Origin: Oikopleura dioica | Lineage: Eukaryota; Animalia; Chordata | Direction of reading: 5' to 3' | Length of the DNA: 64,000 nt | Assembly: GCA_907165135.1 (NCBI GenBank) | Contig: OU015570.1 | Span: 682,001 to 746,000, forward strand | Part shown: piece after piece, positions 1 to 12,590 of the stretch | How the letters are laid out: each line of letters starts with the position of its first letter | Position numbering within the stretch: the first letter of the stretch is position 1 | Notes under the pieces: model-generated | Told to the model about the DNA's origin: nothing | The model's input: the letters and a program-made list of their open reading frames with translations, nothing else | The model's database searches: none | Translations under genes and position numbers: made by a program

Positions 1-337
1 TCAACTTTTTCCTCGAAACAGTATTAACTTGAAACTTGGCATGGTGATAGATTATGCCAAAGTACTTTTCAAATTTTTTTCAAAAAATTTTTCAAGGTTT
101 TCAACCTTTTTAAGCCTGGCAAAAGGCTAACTTTTGAGCGAATCATGTGATAAGACTCTAGAATAGCTAGATCGACGCAGAATGAGCTCCTGATCATTTT
201 CAAAAAAATTTAGTGACGATATCTCCGATGACTCAGAAATTGCCGAAGAGTGTTACGTAACCTTGTTATGTAACACTTGTTGATACTAATTATTGCTGGA
301 GGACCAAAGAATGGTATGTCCTTACACCGACCATATC

Positions 338-1956
338 TAGGCTTACCGGACTGAATTTTGACTCATTTTTCTAGCTTGATTCAGTAGTCATGTGACACAA
401 ATAAAGAAAGCCTAGAAGCAGGGCTTTCATTTCAGCACCATATCGAGGGGTTTGGGTCATGCCCGCAAGGCAATTTATGGGACCTGAAGTTCCCAAATGG
501 GCACTAGAATTCTTTAGAAGAATTTTTCGATACCGGGCCGGCCTTCTCAGAAGTCGAGAGTCAGTTAATTTGAAAGCCCAGGCTCTGAGCTTTCCGTAGA
601 GCCCAAGAAATCTTAGTGCATGGCAATTTTTGGCCATCAGCGATCAGTTTAATTGTCAATTTACTGCCTATTTTGACCATTTTTTGGGAGAAAGTCATCA
701 ATTTTAGTGAAATTTCACCACAAAAACAAGACGTCAAGCGCTCGCTGAAGGCCACAAACCGCCCTGCACTAAGATTTCTTGGGCTCTACGGAAAGCTCAG
801 AGCCTGAGCTTTCTAAATATCTGACTCTCGACTTATGAGAAGGCCGGCCCGGCATCGAAAAATTGGTAGTAGGGATTTCCTTTTCGGCAGAAATGCCGAA
901 AACTTCGATGGTTTTTCTGATTTCCTTTTCGGCAGCTTGCCGAAAAGTATTTCCAATTTCAAGCCTTTTTCAGGAATACTTTTCGGCAGAGTGCCGAAAA
1001 GGAAATCACAATTTAAAAGCTTTTCGGCTAAATGCCGAAATGAAAATCATAATTTAATGAATTCTTTTCGGCAAAGTGCCGAAATGGAAATCCTTATTTG
1101 GGGAAAACTTTTCGGCAAGCTTTTTCATTCAAGTTTACATGAAAACTCTACTTTTAGGTAGAAAATAATCAAATCTAATCATCCCCTACCTGGGGCTCCG
1201 CCCCTAGGTCCTAAATGCCGGGGTCTAGTCTAGGGTTACTTAGGTTACCTGCGGTAACCCTAACTAACCCTAGCCTATCCCCCTTGGGTAAGGTTGTTCT
1301 GTCATTTTGCCCAGTGCCCCTAACCCTAACCTTTATTTTAGTAAATACTATAATTATTATAGTATAGACTATTTTATAGTCTATAAATTAAGCATTATGC
1401 TTATTTATACTTTCCTGCAAAATTTAAAAGTTTCCTTAAAAATTAATGCATCACTCTTAATTTCTAGAAGGATATACTGTCTTCTTCTTTCTAGACTTTT
1501 TAATTCTTTCTTTAAAATGTGCCGAAAAGCTTTTCCGAAAAACGAATGAAATATAGTAAATGCTTTCGGCAGATCTGCCGAAAAGCTTTCCCTCTAACAG
1601 GAAACAATTCTGATTTCTATTTCGGCAAAACGCCGAAAAGCTTTTCTAATAAATAGGTTAAACATGGTAATACTTTTCGGCAGTGTGCCGAAAAGTAAAT
1701 CAGAATTATGCCTTCAAAATGATTTTCTTTTCGGCTGCATTTGCCGAAAAGGAAATCCTTACTACGGAAAAATTCTTCTAAAAATTCTAGTGCCCATTTT
1801 GGAACTTCAGGTCCAATAAATTGCCTTGCGGGCATGACCCAGACTACTCGATATGGTGCTCATATGAAATCCCTGGTTCTGGGCTTTCTATATTTGTGTC
1901 ACATGACCACTGAATCAAGCTAGAAAAATGAGTCAAAATTCAGTCCGGTAAGCCTA
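338..1956. mobile_element. hAT-like foldback element nested in the TIR of 313-3354
   Basis: 8-bp TSD accatatc (330-337, 1957-1964). TIR taggcttaccggactgaattttgactc. Inverted arms about 280 bp once the 865-1766 insert is removed. Confidence 0.85.
865..1766. mobile_element. TIR element with ttttcggca..tgccgaaaa palindromic subrepeats
   Basis: TIR gtagtagggatttccttttcggca / tgccgaaaaggaaatccttactac. 8-bp duplication gaaaaatt (857-864, 1767-1774). Confidence 0.7.
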
Positions 1957-2208
1957 ACCATATCCTTACACCGACCAATTCCTTACACCGACCAAAATCC
2001 TTACACCGACCAAATTCTGAAAGTGGTCGGTGTAAGGATTTGGTCGGTGTAAGTATATGGTCGGTGTAAGGAAAATCAAAGTAAATTTTTTCGAAGGCAA
2101 AAACAAAGGTCCTCCCAAAAATATCTTACTCTACCCCCATTGAGCATATATTTTTTGAAAAAGTTATTTTTTTCTTTCATAAAATTATTGATAACACATT
2201 ACTTTTAC

Positions 2209-2892
2209 AGCCTAGGCTCTGGCGGTCATTTTGAGCCAAAGAAAACCTGGGAGGGGGTGGGTCTGGGGGAGCTAGGGGCTCTTGAAGTTGGGGAACTCGA
2301 CAGGAAATGAGCACTATCCCAAAAGTACATGACTTGTGTCACAAATGCATTACAAAGACCATTTATAGATGTTTATTCATTAAAAGATCTTAAAGATGTC
2401 ATTTGGGGTCATCTGAGGTCACTCTTGGTAAAGAAATATGAGAAATTTAGAAAATTCCGATAAGGGAAACGATCTGACCTCAAATGACCCCAAATGACAT
2501 CTTTAAGATTTTTATATGAATAAACATCTATAAATGGTCTTCGTAATGCATTTGTGACACAAATCATGTACTTTTTGGGAAAAAGTGCTCATTTCCTGTC
2601 GAGTTCCCCAACTTCAAGAGCCTCTAGCTCCACCAAGACTCACCCAGGGTTTGAAATCTGACGAGCTCACGAGCACGTGAGCACGTGAGTGAGCTCGATG
2701 AGCATGCTCACGCGTGCTCATGCTCACAGAATTCTGGGCCCCTCGTGCTCACGCGCGCTCATGCTCACCGATTATAGAGCACAGTCGTGCTCACGCGTGC
2801 TCGTGCTCACGCAAAATTTTCAGATTTCAAACCCTGAACTCACCCCCTCCCAGGTTTTCTTGGGCTCGCCAATGACAGCCAGGGCCTAGGCT
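2209..2892. mobile_element. Palindromic (foldback) MITE
   Basis: Ends agcctaggctctggcggtcatt / aatgacagccagggcctaggct. Internal arms ~2260-2430 and ~2475-2645 are reverse complements. No clear TSD. Confidence 0.6.
2645..2836. mobile_element. hAT-like MITE
   Basis: TIR cagggtttgaaatctga. 8-bp TSD gactcacc/aactcacc (7/8 match). Confidence 0.75.
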
Positions 2893-3567
2893 ACAATCTA
2901 GGCTAGAAGGCAGCCTTTCAAAAGCTTAGTTAGGGCTTCAAAAATTTCCATTTCCGAAGTTGGCCAGATTTCGGGACTTCAGAGGTACCTAAATGCCCTC
3001 AGGGTACGAAATCACCCCCTCTCAAAAATGAAAATGATCTCCAGCTCCTGAGCTTTCTAAAACTGTATTATATGCTCACCCTACTAAGCCCAGAAAAAGT
3101 CGAATTGCTAGTGATTTCCCCTAGTTATGAGTCAGAATATAATATTTCAATGTTTAAAAAAGTGCTCAATGGGGGTAGAGTAAGATATTTTTGGGAAGAC
3201 CTTTATTTTTCGCTTTTGAAAAAATTTCATTTCCATTTTCCTTACACCGACCATATGCTTACACCGACCAAAATCCTTACACCGACCATTTTCAGAATTT
3301 GGTCGGTGTAAGGATTTGGTCGGTGTAAGGATATGGTCGGTGTAAGGAAATACCCCAAAGAATACATCTAACTAGTTTCAACCCCCAAAAAATGATGATA
3401 AATTTTCAACCCTTTTCCTGGAGGACCTGATTGAGGACTTTTTGATGGAAAACATGGCATTGCTGGAAGAAATTTTTGCTCTTAAATTTCAAATGAACAA
3501 AACATTGCTACGAAAACCATAAAAGAAAAACATGTAGGGGGAATGTGTAAAAAAATGAAAACGGGCG

Positions 3568-3670
3568 AGGGTGGGGTTGGGGACAGAACTAAGCCTGATC
3601 ACCAAAGTCCTGTCTTCTAATCCCGGCCTTTGTCAAGCCCATTTTAAATTAAAAGCCAGGAACGGGGCTA
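3568..3670 (+). repeat. Single-unit member of the ggtggggttggggac..tgtcaagccc hairpin-repeat family
   Basis: Shares gggtggggttggggac and tgtcaagccc...aaaagccagg..ggggct with 11660-12590, 51870-52761 and 58561-58700. Confidence 0.6.
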
Positions 3671-4023
3671 TATCTATTTAGTATATTTTTAAAATCATAA
3701 TTCTTCCAGCAAATTGCTTGTCTTCCAGCAGGAAGCAAGAGGTCCTCCGGGTGATTCCTGATCAATCAGAAGCATCGTCACTGAATTTTTGGCTAAAAAT
3801 GATCAGAATTTCGAGGCGCGTCGAACTAGACTATTCACGGCTTCGTAGCTTTATCCGCTCGAAAAATAGTCTTTTGGAGGTTTTCAGAGGGCGCTAGAAT
3901 GACGTCAGGTGGTTTTTTCAATAATTTTTTGGAAATATTATTTCCACATGTGAGGCAACTACGTCACTAAAAATTAAGTTTCTACGATCCCTAGAAAAAA
4001 GGCTGATTGTCTGTGCGTTTACC

Positions 4024-5341
4024 CTATCTATATCCATTAGGAAATTGAATTTCTGCTCCCACTTTCCTGATAACGGTGACTGGAATCGACGAATGTCTCA
4101 TAAACAACCGCATCAACACTTGCTCTCGACGAAACACTTCTTCGTTATTTCGAGGAATCTCAAACTCAACCAAGTCAAAATGAAAACTCATTTTTACTAT
4201 TTTACAACTCAAGATTGAGGACAACTGCTCTACAATTCAACAAAAAGAACAATAGAATGGAATAGCGATCATAAGCGTACCAAGCCATCTCGGAAAACCA
4301 AAGAAGAAAACGGACTTAAATAACCTAAAACAACAATCGCGAGGAAGAAACACAGACGGACGAAACCTCAATAAAACACAATGAAGCCAACAAGCGACTT
4401 GAATAATGACTTGATATGAAATCTAAAATCGGATATTAAACGACTTGAACCACGGAACTTGAACGAAAACCAACTGCACCAACAAGCTGAAGAAGACTTG
4501 AAAGCAGAATTTTGAAGCTCTAGGACTGAACCAACAAGCAAAAGATAAGCCGATTCGACCATTCATCAGCAAGGAAACCACTTCTTCTTTCGACAAAACG
4601 ATGGTATCATGGAATCGAAATCGACCGCGAATATAAAAACGACTAAAATCGACAAACCAAAATTATTATATCGAGAATAATAAAAATGTTAAATTCAAAT
4701 TCAAACATCCAAAATGATGCGTTATCACTTCGACTATATGATATAGCTTATATTCACTCATACTACGCGACGTTTACTCAGTAAGCAAAAATACCCTTTT
4801 TATCAACTTGTTACTCACGTAAAATCTTAAATCATTTAACTGCCATTATCTTTTCTACTCACTACGAATATTTCCTAAACAAAAATTTCAAATGAGAATC
4901 AAAATGAGCACTTGCAACTCCATCTTTGCTAAGTTTATCAACTATAATCTTAACAATATCCTTCTAGCTGAAATGAAACTCAAAAAGTTCATAAATTTAG
5001 ATGAATAGAAAACCAGAAAATTTTAACAATTTGAATCTAACTATAAAAACTTTATATCACCATCCTTTTCTTGAATAGGAGGGTGGAGATAGAGGCCTCC
5101 GATTCATGGTTATGACAGTAGGCCGATAATCCTAGCAACTACCGTACTGCGTATCTTAGTGACACTACTGTACCACCACTATATAAAGCTGTGCACTCCC
5201 ACTCTAAGTCTCAGTCGAGTTCCTGGAGCAAACTCACTCACTTGCACAAATACACTACATTGACGTTACCCACTTTTACATGGAATAAATATATGATACC
5301 AACACGAATTGAAGAGTCTATACTATAGACTCTATAGTCCA
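4024..5341 (+). mobile_element. 3' remnant of an LTR retroelement; putative LTR 5084-5341
   Basis: Purine tract gaataggaggg directly before TGGA...TCCA termini. Internal tatataaa and aataaa. Degenerate coding-like sequence upstream. No second LTR in the window. Confidence 0.45.
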
Positions 5342-6294
5342 TACTTGCAACCCCGAAGACACAACAAGATATTCACAGAACAACCTTTATTTTTCTGGAA
5401 GCCTCTATCAGGGTTATTGAAGGGGCGCTATTAAAAGAGAATTTCAAAAAATCTCGAAAAAAATTTTTGGGATTTTTACCGCCAAAAAATTGAAAACCCC
5501 AATTTGAGAAATTAATGAGAATCAAATTCTTTGTTGATAAATGACATCGATGTAAATGAGTTTGATGTGAAGTTTTATTGCATATCGATTTCGGCTACTT
5601 AAGCCATCTTCAGTGCAAAGAGAACTAGAGCAAGTGGAAATAAACTCCAATTGCAACTCCTTACCGTCTTGGGATTGAGGACGAACTAATTATTCCTTTT
5701 AGCAAAAACTGACTAACAATAGTATTCTAGAGAAATAAAAAATGAAAGATATATTTGATTTTTCAGAGGCACCTTTTGCGCATCAATAAAAGCCAAGCAT
5801 TATTAAGTTCATTTACAATTACAAACGGCCTTTGTAAAACTCAGAAAAAGATTTTGCGTCAAAAATCAAAAGAGACCAATCGTAAATTCTATTTGTAGTC
5901 TAACAGATAATTTTCAGAAATTTTTTATCGAGCAAATTCTCACATCTTTTTCTCCAAAATTTACAGTCAAAAGTTCGAAAGAATTTTACGATTTCTCATT
6001 TATTGGCAGCGACTAGTTTCGGAAATAGATTCCTTCGTCAGGCTATAAGGTCAATAAACAGTTAACCCAGAAACAAGATATTACCTCTGAGAAGCGAAAA
6101 GCGCGTCTGAGTAACAAGCGAGATTACAAAACGAGATATTTGAGCGTAACAGAAATTGCAAAAGGGGCGCCAAGGATGCACAGTTATTCATACTTGGTTC
6201 GTGCAAGAAATTTCTGATAAGACCCTTCGCCTTTCATTTTTGATTCCCTTGATTCTGTCCCTTACTCAAGAAAATTAGAAATTTAAGCGTCATC

Positions 6295-6731
6295 GGTTGA
6301 CGGCGGGAGTGAGTCTTTGTAAAGACTGAGTCTTCGCGCAAAGACTCAGTCTTTTTCTTCGGGCAGTGAGTCTTTTTTAGAAAAATAAAAGACTGAGTCT
6401 TTTCGAGCAATTGTTTACGTCTCTAGAAAAAAATTTGTTATCTCTTCTGAATCATTTCTATTCATCAGTTCCTTATTTAACATGAAGGAATAACCTAAAA
6501 GTCAGTGAAAATGACATTTCAAACCATTTTCTGACCGATTGTGCGCTCCGCGCTTGTCTTAGAGAAAATTCATTGATAAAACGGGTTATACGTTTACCGC
6601 TTCGACTATATTTTCAAGTTGAAAAAGTTTCTAGAGCAAAGACTCACTCCCGCCGATACCGCGCGGTGACGGCGGGAATGAGTCTTTACAAAAGACTCAA
6701 TCTTTACAAAGACTCACTCCCGCCGTCACCC
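6295..6731. mobile_element. MITE, GGGTGACGGCGG terminal family
   Basis: TIR ggttgacggcgggagtgagtctttgtaaagact / tctttacaaagactcactcccgccgtcaccc. 8-bp TSD gcgtcatc. Confidence 0.8.
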
Positions 6732-7189
6732 GCGTCATCCAACTTAGTTGGAGAATCACCCAACTTAAGGCCACTTTTCAAATTAGCTGTCATCCAAACT
6801 TTGTCTTCCAGCAAAGAGGTCTTCCAGCAAAAAGGTCTTCCAGTAGAAATGGTCCTCCACGGGTCCTCCAAGAGGTCACGTGGTCGAAAAATGTAATTGA
6901 TAAGAATTATCATAGGTTCAACCTTCGGTCTTAGTCCTGGGGTCGGAGGACCTTTCAAACTCACTCCGCCCACGCAATTCGTTTGGACAAAATTTGTATT
7001 GTAAAATGTCCAAACGATTTGATTGCCTAGGGGGTCGGTCAGTCAGGAATGATAATCGGTAAAATGTAAATTCAGTCTTCTAAAACATGAAACCGGCGCG
7101 GCGTGGCTGCCCGTTCAGTGCCCCGCCGTGACCTATTTTTCAGAGGTCCGTTTAATCTGAACGGAGAAAGTATTTTCATTATTCTTTTG

Positions 7190-7710
7190 CGTTATGATCA
7201 TCAAGGCCTGCACTTTCATGAGGACAATTTTGAAAGAATCGTGAGCGTAGAAGTATGAAAAAATGGGATGACTTGCCCAAAGTCTATCTCCTCCCACAAT
7301 TTAGTCCGATTTTCCCAAATTAGAACCATTTTGTAGAGCTCCGTCTACTCATCAAATTCATATACTAACTTTTTAAATTTCAATTTTAAAGATTTTCGAC
7401 GGAGCTTTGAAATGAGCGCTATCACTCCGCGGCCGCCTTTTCACACGCTGCGCTCCTGCTAATGTCTTTTTCGAGGGAGCGCTCATTTCCAAGCTCCGTC
7501 TAAAGATCTATAAAATAAAAATTTAAAAGTAAGTCTACGAATTTGTAGAGTAGACGGAGCTCTACAAAATGGTTTAAATTTGGGAAAAATCGGACGAAAA
7601 TTGTGGGAGGAGATAGACTTTGAGCAAGTCATCCCATTTTTTCATACTTCTACGCTCACAATTCTTTTCAAAATTGTCCTTATGAAAGTGCAGGCCTTGA
7701 TGATCATGAC
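7190..7710. repeat. Foldback inverted repeat (arms ~220 bp)
   Basis: ~7190-7410 is the reverse complement of ~7475-7710. Confidence 0.75.
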
Positions 7711-8166
7711 TAGGGTCCGTACACAAAAAAAAGGTACCCGAAATAATAGCTCAATCGTTTTGATTTTCTTATATGTTTTAGAAATAGCTAATCTAAGTCA
7801 TTTTGCTTTTTTACCTTTTTCCTAAACTAAAGCGTGGAAAAGATATCATGAGTCAAAAATGGGCATTTTCGGGTTCATTATGTTGTCCATCGACTTCAAA
7901 AAATTTGAAGGCATCAATATGACCGGAAGAACGAGCTCAACTCGAATTCATTTTAAAAAATATGAAACACCCGCTCACAGAGTTCGAAATCTGGTAGAAA
8001 ATCCGTGCTCCCGCTCCCTCTCTGCTCCCTCACCCTGAAAAAGGGAGCTCCCTCGAAAAAACCCGTGCTCCTGCTCCCTATATCGAGTTTCAGACGAGAC
8101 ATTTAAAAATAAATCGAAACAAAAAATGTCTCTTCTAATAAAAATCTGAGCAAACACGGTATCCTA

Positions 8167-8327
8167 CAGTGGCGTTTGCGGTTGCCTCCCTGTTGGAGCG
8201 TCCCTCGTTGCCTCCCTATCCAGACGCTCTTTTTCTAGAAGGGCGCATTAAATCGAACCAGAAATCGTCCCGCGTTGCCTCCCTCTCTAGACGCGTTTGG
8301 ATAGGGAGGCAACCGCAAACGCCACTG
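8167..8327. mobile_element. Tc1/mariner-type MITE
   Basis: TA TSD. TIR cagtggcgtttgcggttgcctccct. Confidence 0.85.
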
Positions 8328-9323
8328 TAATTAATAATTATGCTTATAATCTGAGAAAAATACATTTTGTTGAAATTGTTAAAGTCAAACTAGATGTGAT
8401 TTTGGCTATTTATTTATATGAAATTTTAAAAGAGACGTTTATAAATATATCTAGTCAAAAACGTCTCTTCTAAGAAAAATACTATAAAGTTAGCGTTTCT
8501 CATTTTTCGGTGCGCAGAGTAGATTCTGGACTATAAATTGTTGATTTTTAAAAATTTTTGAAAGTGGGAGCAAATTGGGAGCTCTCAATTTACTCCCAGC
8601 CCTGGAAACCTGTGCTCCTGCTCCCTCCGTGCTCCCAAAGGGATTTTACTCCCATAGATTTCGAACTCTGCCCACTCCCTCGCCCGTAATTTACAAAAAA
8701 CTGTAAATTTCGCCGATGTTTTGAACGCGGCGTGCAGCGCTCGATCACGCAAGGGAGCGCGTGATAGAGGGTGGCCACGCAAATTTGCAAAAATTTTGAA
8801 GGCTAGAATAGATTAAAAGCTTTCTTACTCTTTTTTCAATAATAATAATAATTTGATAGAAATAAATAATAAAAAAGACAAAATAAGGGTGACAGTAAGG
8901 GTTTTTGAACAATTTATCAAAAACCAGAACAATAAATATAAACAGATGTATAAAAATAAATTGGGAAAAGGGAGACAAACTTAATTATTAAAAATTATGT
9001 TATTTCGCTTAATAAACAGTTAGTAAATGAATCAAATTTATGGATATCTTTTGTCCATCGTCATTTTGCCCAATAAATTTTACCCATTAAGCCCAATCAT
9101 CTCAATTAAAGTATCTTAAGAACAGATGTTTTCTGTTTCTGTTTTTATATCAGATTTTTGTCGAAACGCATAATATTATTATTTTCAAAAGTAAGAACAG
9201 AATGTTATCTTTGTTTTATTTTCCTTTTTCGATTTACTTTGCTCTTCCGAAGAAATTTGAGACGCTATGAAAGCTTTTCCTAATGGTGTTTTCATCATCC
9301 ATGTTGATAAATCCGTCTTAATA

Positions 9324-10099
9324 CAGTGTGAAGCACTTTTAAGGCCGATTTTCGGATGACAGCGAATTTCAAAAGTGGCCTTAAAATGGAAATTTTTTGT
9401 CTCGAGTCGGATGACAACAATTTTTTCCTTTCTTGGGAAAATAAGATAAATGAGGGTTCATAAAATTATTCGGAACTTAACTTTCCTTCACTGTTTTTGG
9501 AATATACTTTCAACTTATTTTCTAGAAAATAGAAATAGTATTATTTTTACGCCCGAACAAAAATGTCCTTTAAATTGAACTCAACATGATTCTTTCTTTC
9601 ATTTTTTCAAAAATAATATTCGTAAAGCATGTCTTAAAAAAGAATCAACATGGCAAATGCTTAGAAAAAGATATGAAGAGATTCTAGTGAAAACGTCAAA
9701 GAATAGTGACGTGAAGAAGACAATTGCTGAGCTTTTTCGAAAGAAAAATGGTTAAGACATTCCTCTGCGTATTTTTCACGCCTATATAATGATGATCGAT
9801 TGAAACACTTTGACTCAAAATCTAAGCGAAAATTTAAACAAGACCGTAAGAAATTATCGTTAATTGAAAAAGTCGAGAAAAAAACATCGAAAAATACCAA
9901 AAAAGAAAAATAAAGATAAAAACACAAGGCATCACGCAGTCGAAGATAAAAAGCTTTTTCAAGTGACACTGTAACTTTCGGATTTTGAACTGAAATTGAA
10001 GGGAAAGTGGCCTTAAAGTGGATTTTTAGGATGACAGATTTTGGGAATTTTTCGAAAAAGTGGCCTTAAAAGGGTCGGCCTTGAAAGTGCTTCAAACTG
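9324..10099 (+). mobile_element. Internally deleted pogo/Tc1-like element keeping the transposase C-terminus
   Basis: TA TSD. TIR cagtgtgaagcacttttaaggccga. Reading frame ending QSKIKSFFK* (9937-9966). Related copy at 50343-50850. Confidence 0.75.
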
Positions 10100-10850
10100 T
10101 ATGTAAAATTTTTCTATAGATGCATTACCATAAGAATTTTTTGGCAGAAAATTTCTTTTCGAGTTATCACTATAATCTGAAAGCCAGCATCAGAATAAAA
10201 TGATTCCCAAATTTCTAGCGCCTAATGACGTCATTATGACGTCATTTATGATGATTTAAGATTAAAAAAGGCCCAAATGATGAAATTTTTTAACCATTTT
10301 TGACATTGACCTTGTCTGAAATTCAATTTTTCTTTTTGGAATCTTGTTCAGCATTAAAAACTGAACGATCACCCAGCAAAATTTCATAGAACCGACCGGT
10401 TTTATTTTTAACCGGCGAAATTACAGGTCGGTTAACTACGATATCGGACGGTTTAATGTCGGGTGCATGGCTGTCGATTTCGAGTCCTTTCAAATTACTC
10501 GCAATTTTTTCCGGGTAACCCGCAGATTTTTATCGGGTTACTCGCGCGGAGAGTCTTTTGCGGGCTACCCGCGCTACGATTTTCTCCTTGCCGCCGAGTA
10601 GCTCGCGATTATCCGCTACCCTTTTACCCGTTTCTACTCGCGCGGCGGGTTACTCGAAATTACCCGTACCCTTTTTCTCTCACGCTAGGCGACGAACTGC
10701 AATCCATTTTCCAATTTCGAATTCAAAATTTTCGAAAATTTTTTACTGATTTTTTAACCGTTCTTAAAAAATATAATTAAATAAACAGACTATTTATTTG
10801 CGAATAAATTTATAAGTAAATTTGGCACTGCCAAAATTTACAATTGTAAA

Positions 10851-11341
10851 CTAGGATCGACAAGTCCCACCCGACACCCGATCGAAAACCGACGTTTTTG
10901 TCGGGTTTTTGTTGGATTCTGCCTACCCTACAAAAACCCGACGTTGAAATTTTGGCGACCCTACAAAATCGGGTTTTTGTACGGTCATTTATCGGGTTTT
11001 TGTAGGGTATTTTGTCGGGTTTCTCATCGTATCTCCTCATCAGTTTCTTTAAAGAGGGCATCAAAACTTCTGTTAGCCAAAAATTATGTCTCCTTTCGCC
11101 GATTTGGGTTCAATTTATTTGATTTAACTTCAGTGTTGTGAAAACCCTACGAGAACCCGACAAAGACCCGATAAAAACCCGAAAAATACCCGACAAAAAC
11201 CCGAAAAAATCCTACAAAAACCCGATAAAAACCCGACAAAAACCCGACGAAAACCCGACAAAAACCCGATCGGAAAAATCAGAGCTCAAGAAAATCCGAT
11301 GAAAACCCGATCCGGATTTCGGGGGCATTTGTCGATCCTAG
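10851..11341. mobile_element. hAT-like MITE
   Basis: TIR ctaggatcgacaa. 8-bp TSD attgtaaa (10843-10850, 11342-11349). aaaacccga subrepeats. Confidence 0.8.
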
Positions 11342-11705
11342 ATTGTAAATTCGCCAGTGGGAAAATCGACTTTTTTTTGCACTTGACCTGGAGGGATGAA
11401 ATTTTGTGGACTTATTTTTGAGGTCCTTATCAAGAAAAAAATCAAAAAAAAAATCGAAAATTAAGGGTATAGGGGTCAAAAGATCGATTTTTTTATTTTT
11501 GCAAAATTAAGCCTAGATGACCATTTTATAAGCCTGAAAATGATTTTTTTCGAATCGAAAAAATCAAAGAAAGAGAATTAATCCGCAAAAAAATCAATTT
11601 GAAAAAAGTAAAAACCATAATTTAGCGAAAACTTGAATAACTCGTATTTTCAGCCCGAATGGGTGTGGGTGGGGTTGGGGACGAAACTGAGAGTTCAACG
11701 CCTAT

Positions 11706-12590
11706 GTCAAGCCCCTTAAATATAATAATCAAGGAATTGGGCTGAGACGGCCCAAGGGGCCGTCAAGCCCCTAAGATTTAATAATCACGGAACTGGGCTG
11801 AGACGGCCCGAAGGGCCGTCAAGCCCCTTAAATTGAATAATCAAGGAACTGGGCTGAGACGGCCCGAAGGGCCGTCAAGCCCTTAAATTTAATAATCACG
11901 GAACTGGGCTGAGACGGCCCGAAGGGCCGTCAAGTCCCTTAAATTTAATAATCACGGAACTGGGCTGAGACGGCCCGAAGGGCCGTCAAGCCCCTTAAAT
12001 TGAATAATCAAGGAACTGGGCTGAGACGGCCCGAAGGGCCGTCAAGCCCTTAAATTTAATAATCACGGAACTGGGCTGAGACGGCCCGAAGGGCCGTCAA
12101 GCCCCTTAAATTTAATAATCAAGGAACTGGGCTGAGACGGCCCGAAGGGCCGTCAAGCCCTTAAATTGAATAATCAAGGAACTGGGCTGAGACGGCCCGA
12201 AGGGCCGTCAAGCCCTTAAATTTAATAATCACGGAACTGGGCTGAGACGGCCCGAAGGGCCGTCAAGCCCCTTAAATTGAATAATCACGGAACTGGGCTG
12301 AGACGGCCCGAAGGGCCGTCAAGCCCTTAAATTGAATAATCAAGGAACTGGGCTGAGACGGCCCGAAGGGCCGTCAAGCCCCTTAAATTTAATAATCAAG
12401 GAACTGGGCTGAGACGGCTCGAAGGGCCGTCAAGCCCCTTAAATTTAATAATCAAGGAACTGGGCTGAGACGGCCCGAAGGGCCGTCAAGCCCCTTAAAT
12501 TTAATAATCAAGGAACTGGGCTGAGACGGCCCGAAGGGCCGTCAAGCCCCTTTAATTTAATAATCAAGGAACTGGGCTGAGATGGCCTTT
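11706..12590 (+). repeat. Tandem array, ~16 x 55-56 bp, GC hairpin unit
   Basis: Unit tcaagccccttaaatttaataatcaaggaactgggctgagacggcccgaagggccg. Confidence 0.95.

Larger units (their letters stand above)
313..3354. mobile_element. Non-autonomous MULE/foldback-like TIR element
   Basis: 9-bp TSD ccaaagaat at 304-312 and 3355-3363. Termini ggtat(g/t)tccttacaccgacc / ggtcggtgtaaggaaatacc. Palindromic arrays of ccttacaccgacc at both ends. Confidence 0.8.

Noticed and set aside
1260-1332. Telomere-like CCCTAA repeats
   Set aside because: Only 2-3 imperfect units inside a TIR element, not a telomeric tract.
11670-11715. Hammerhead ribozyme (gacgaaactgagag)
   Set aside because: The CUGAnGA core and the three-stem order cannot be built on either strand.
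11706-12590. CRISPR-like array (hairpin repeat plus spacer)
   Set aside because: Spacers are near-identical rather than unique, there are no cas genes, and the context is eukaryotic.
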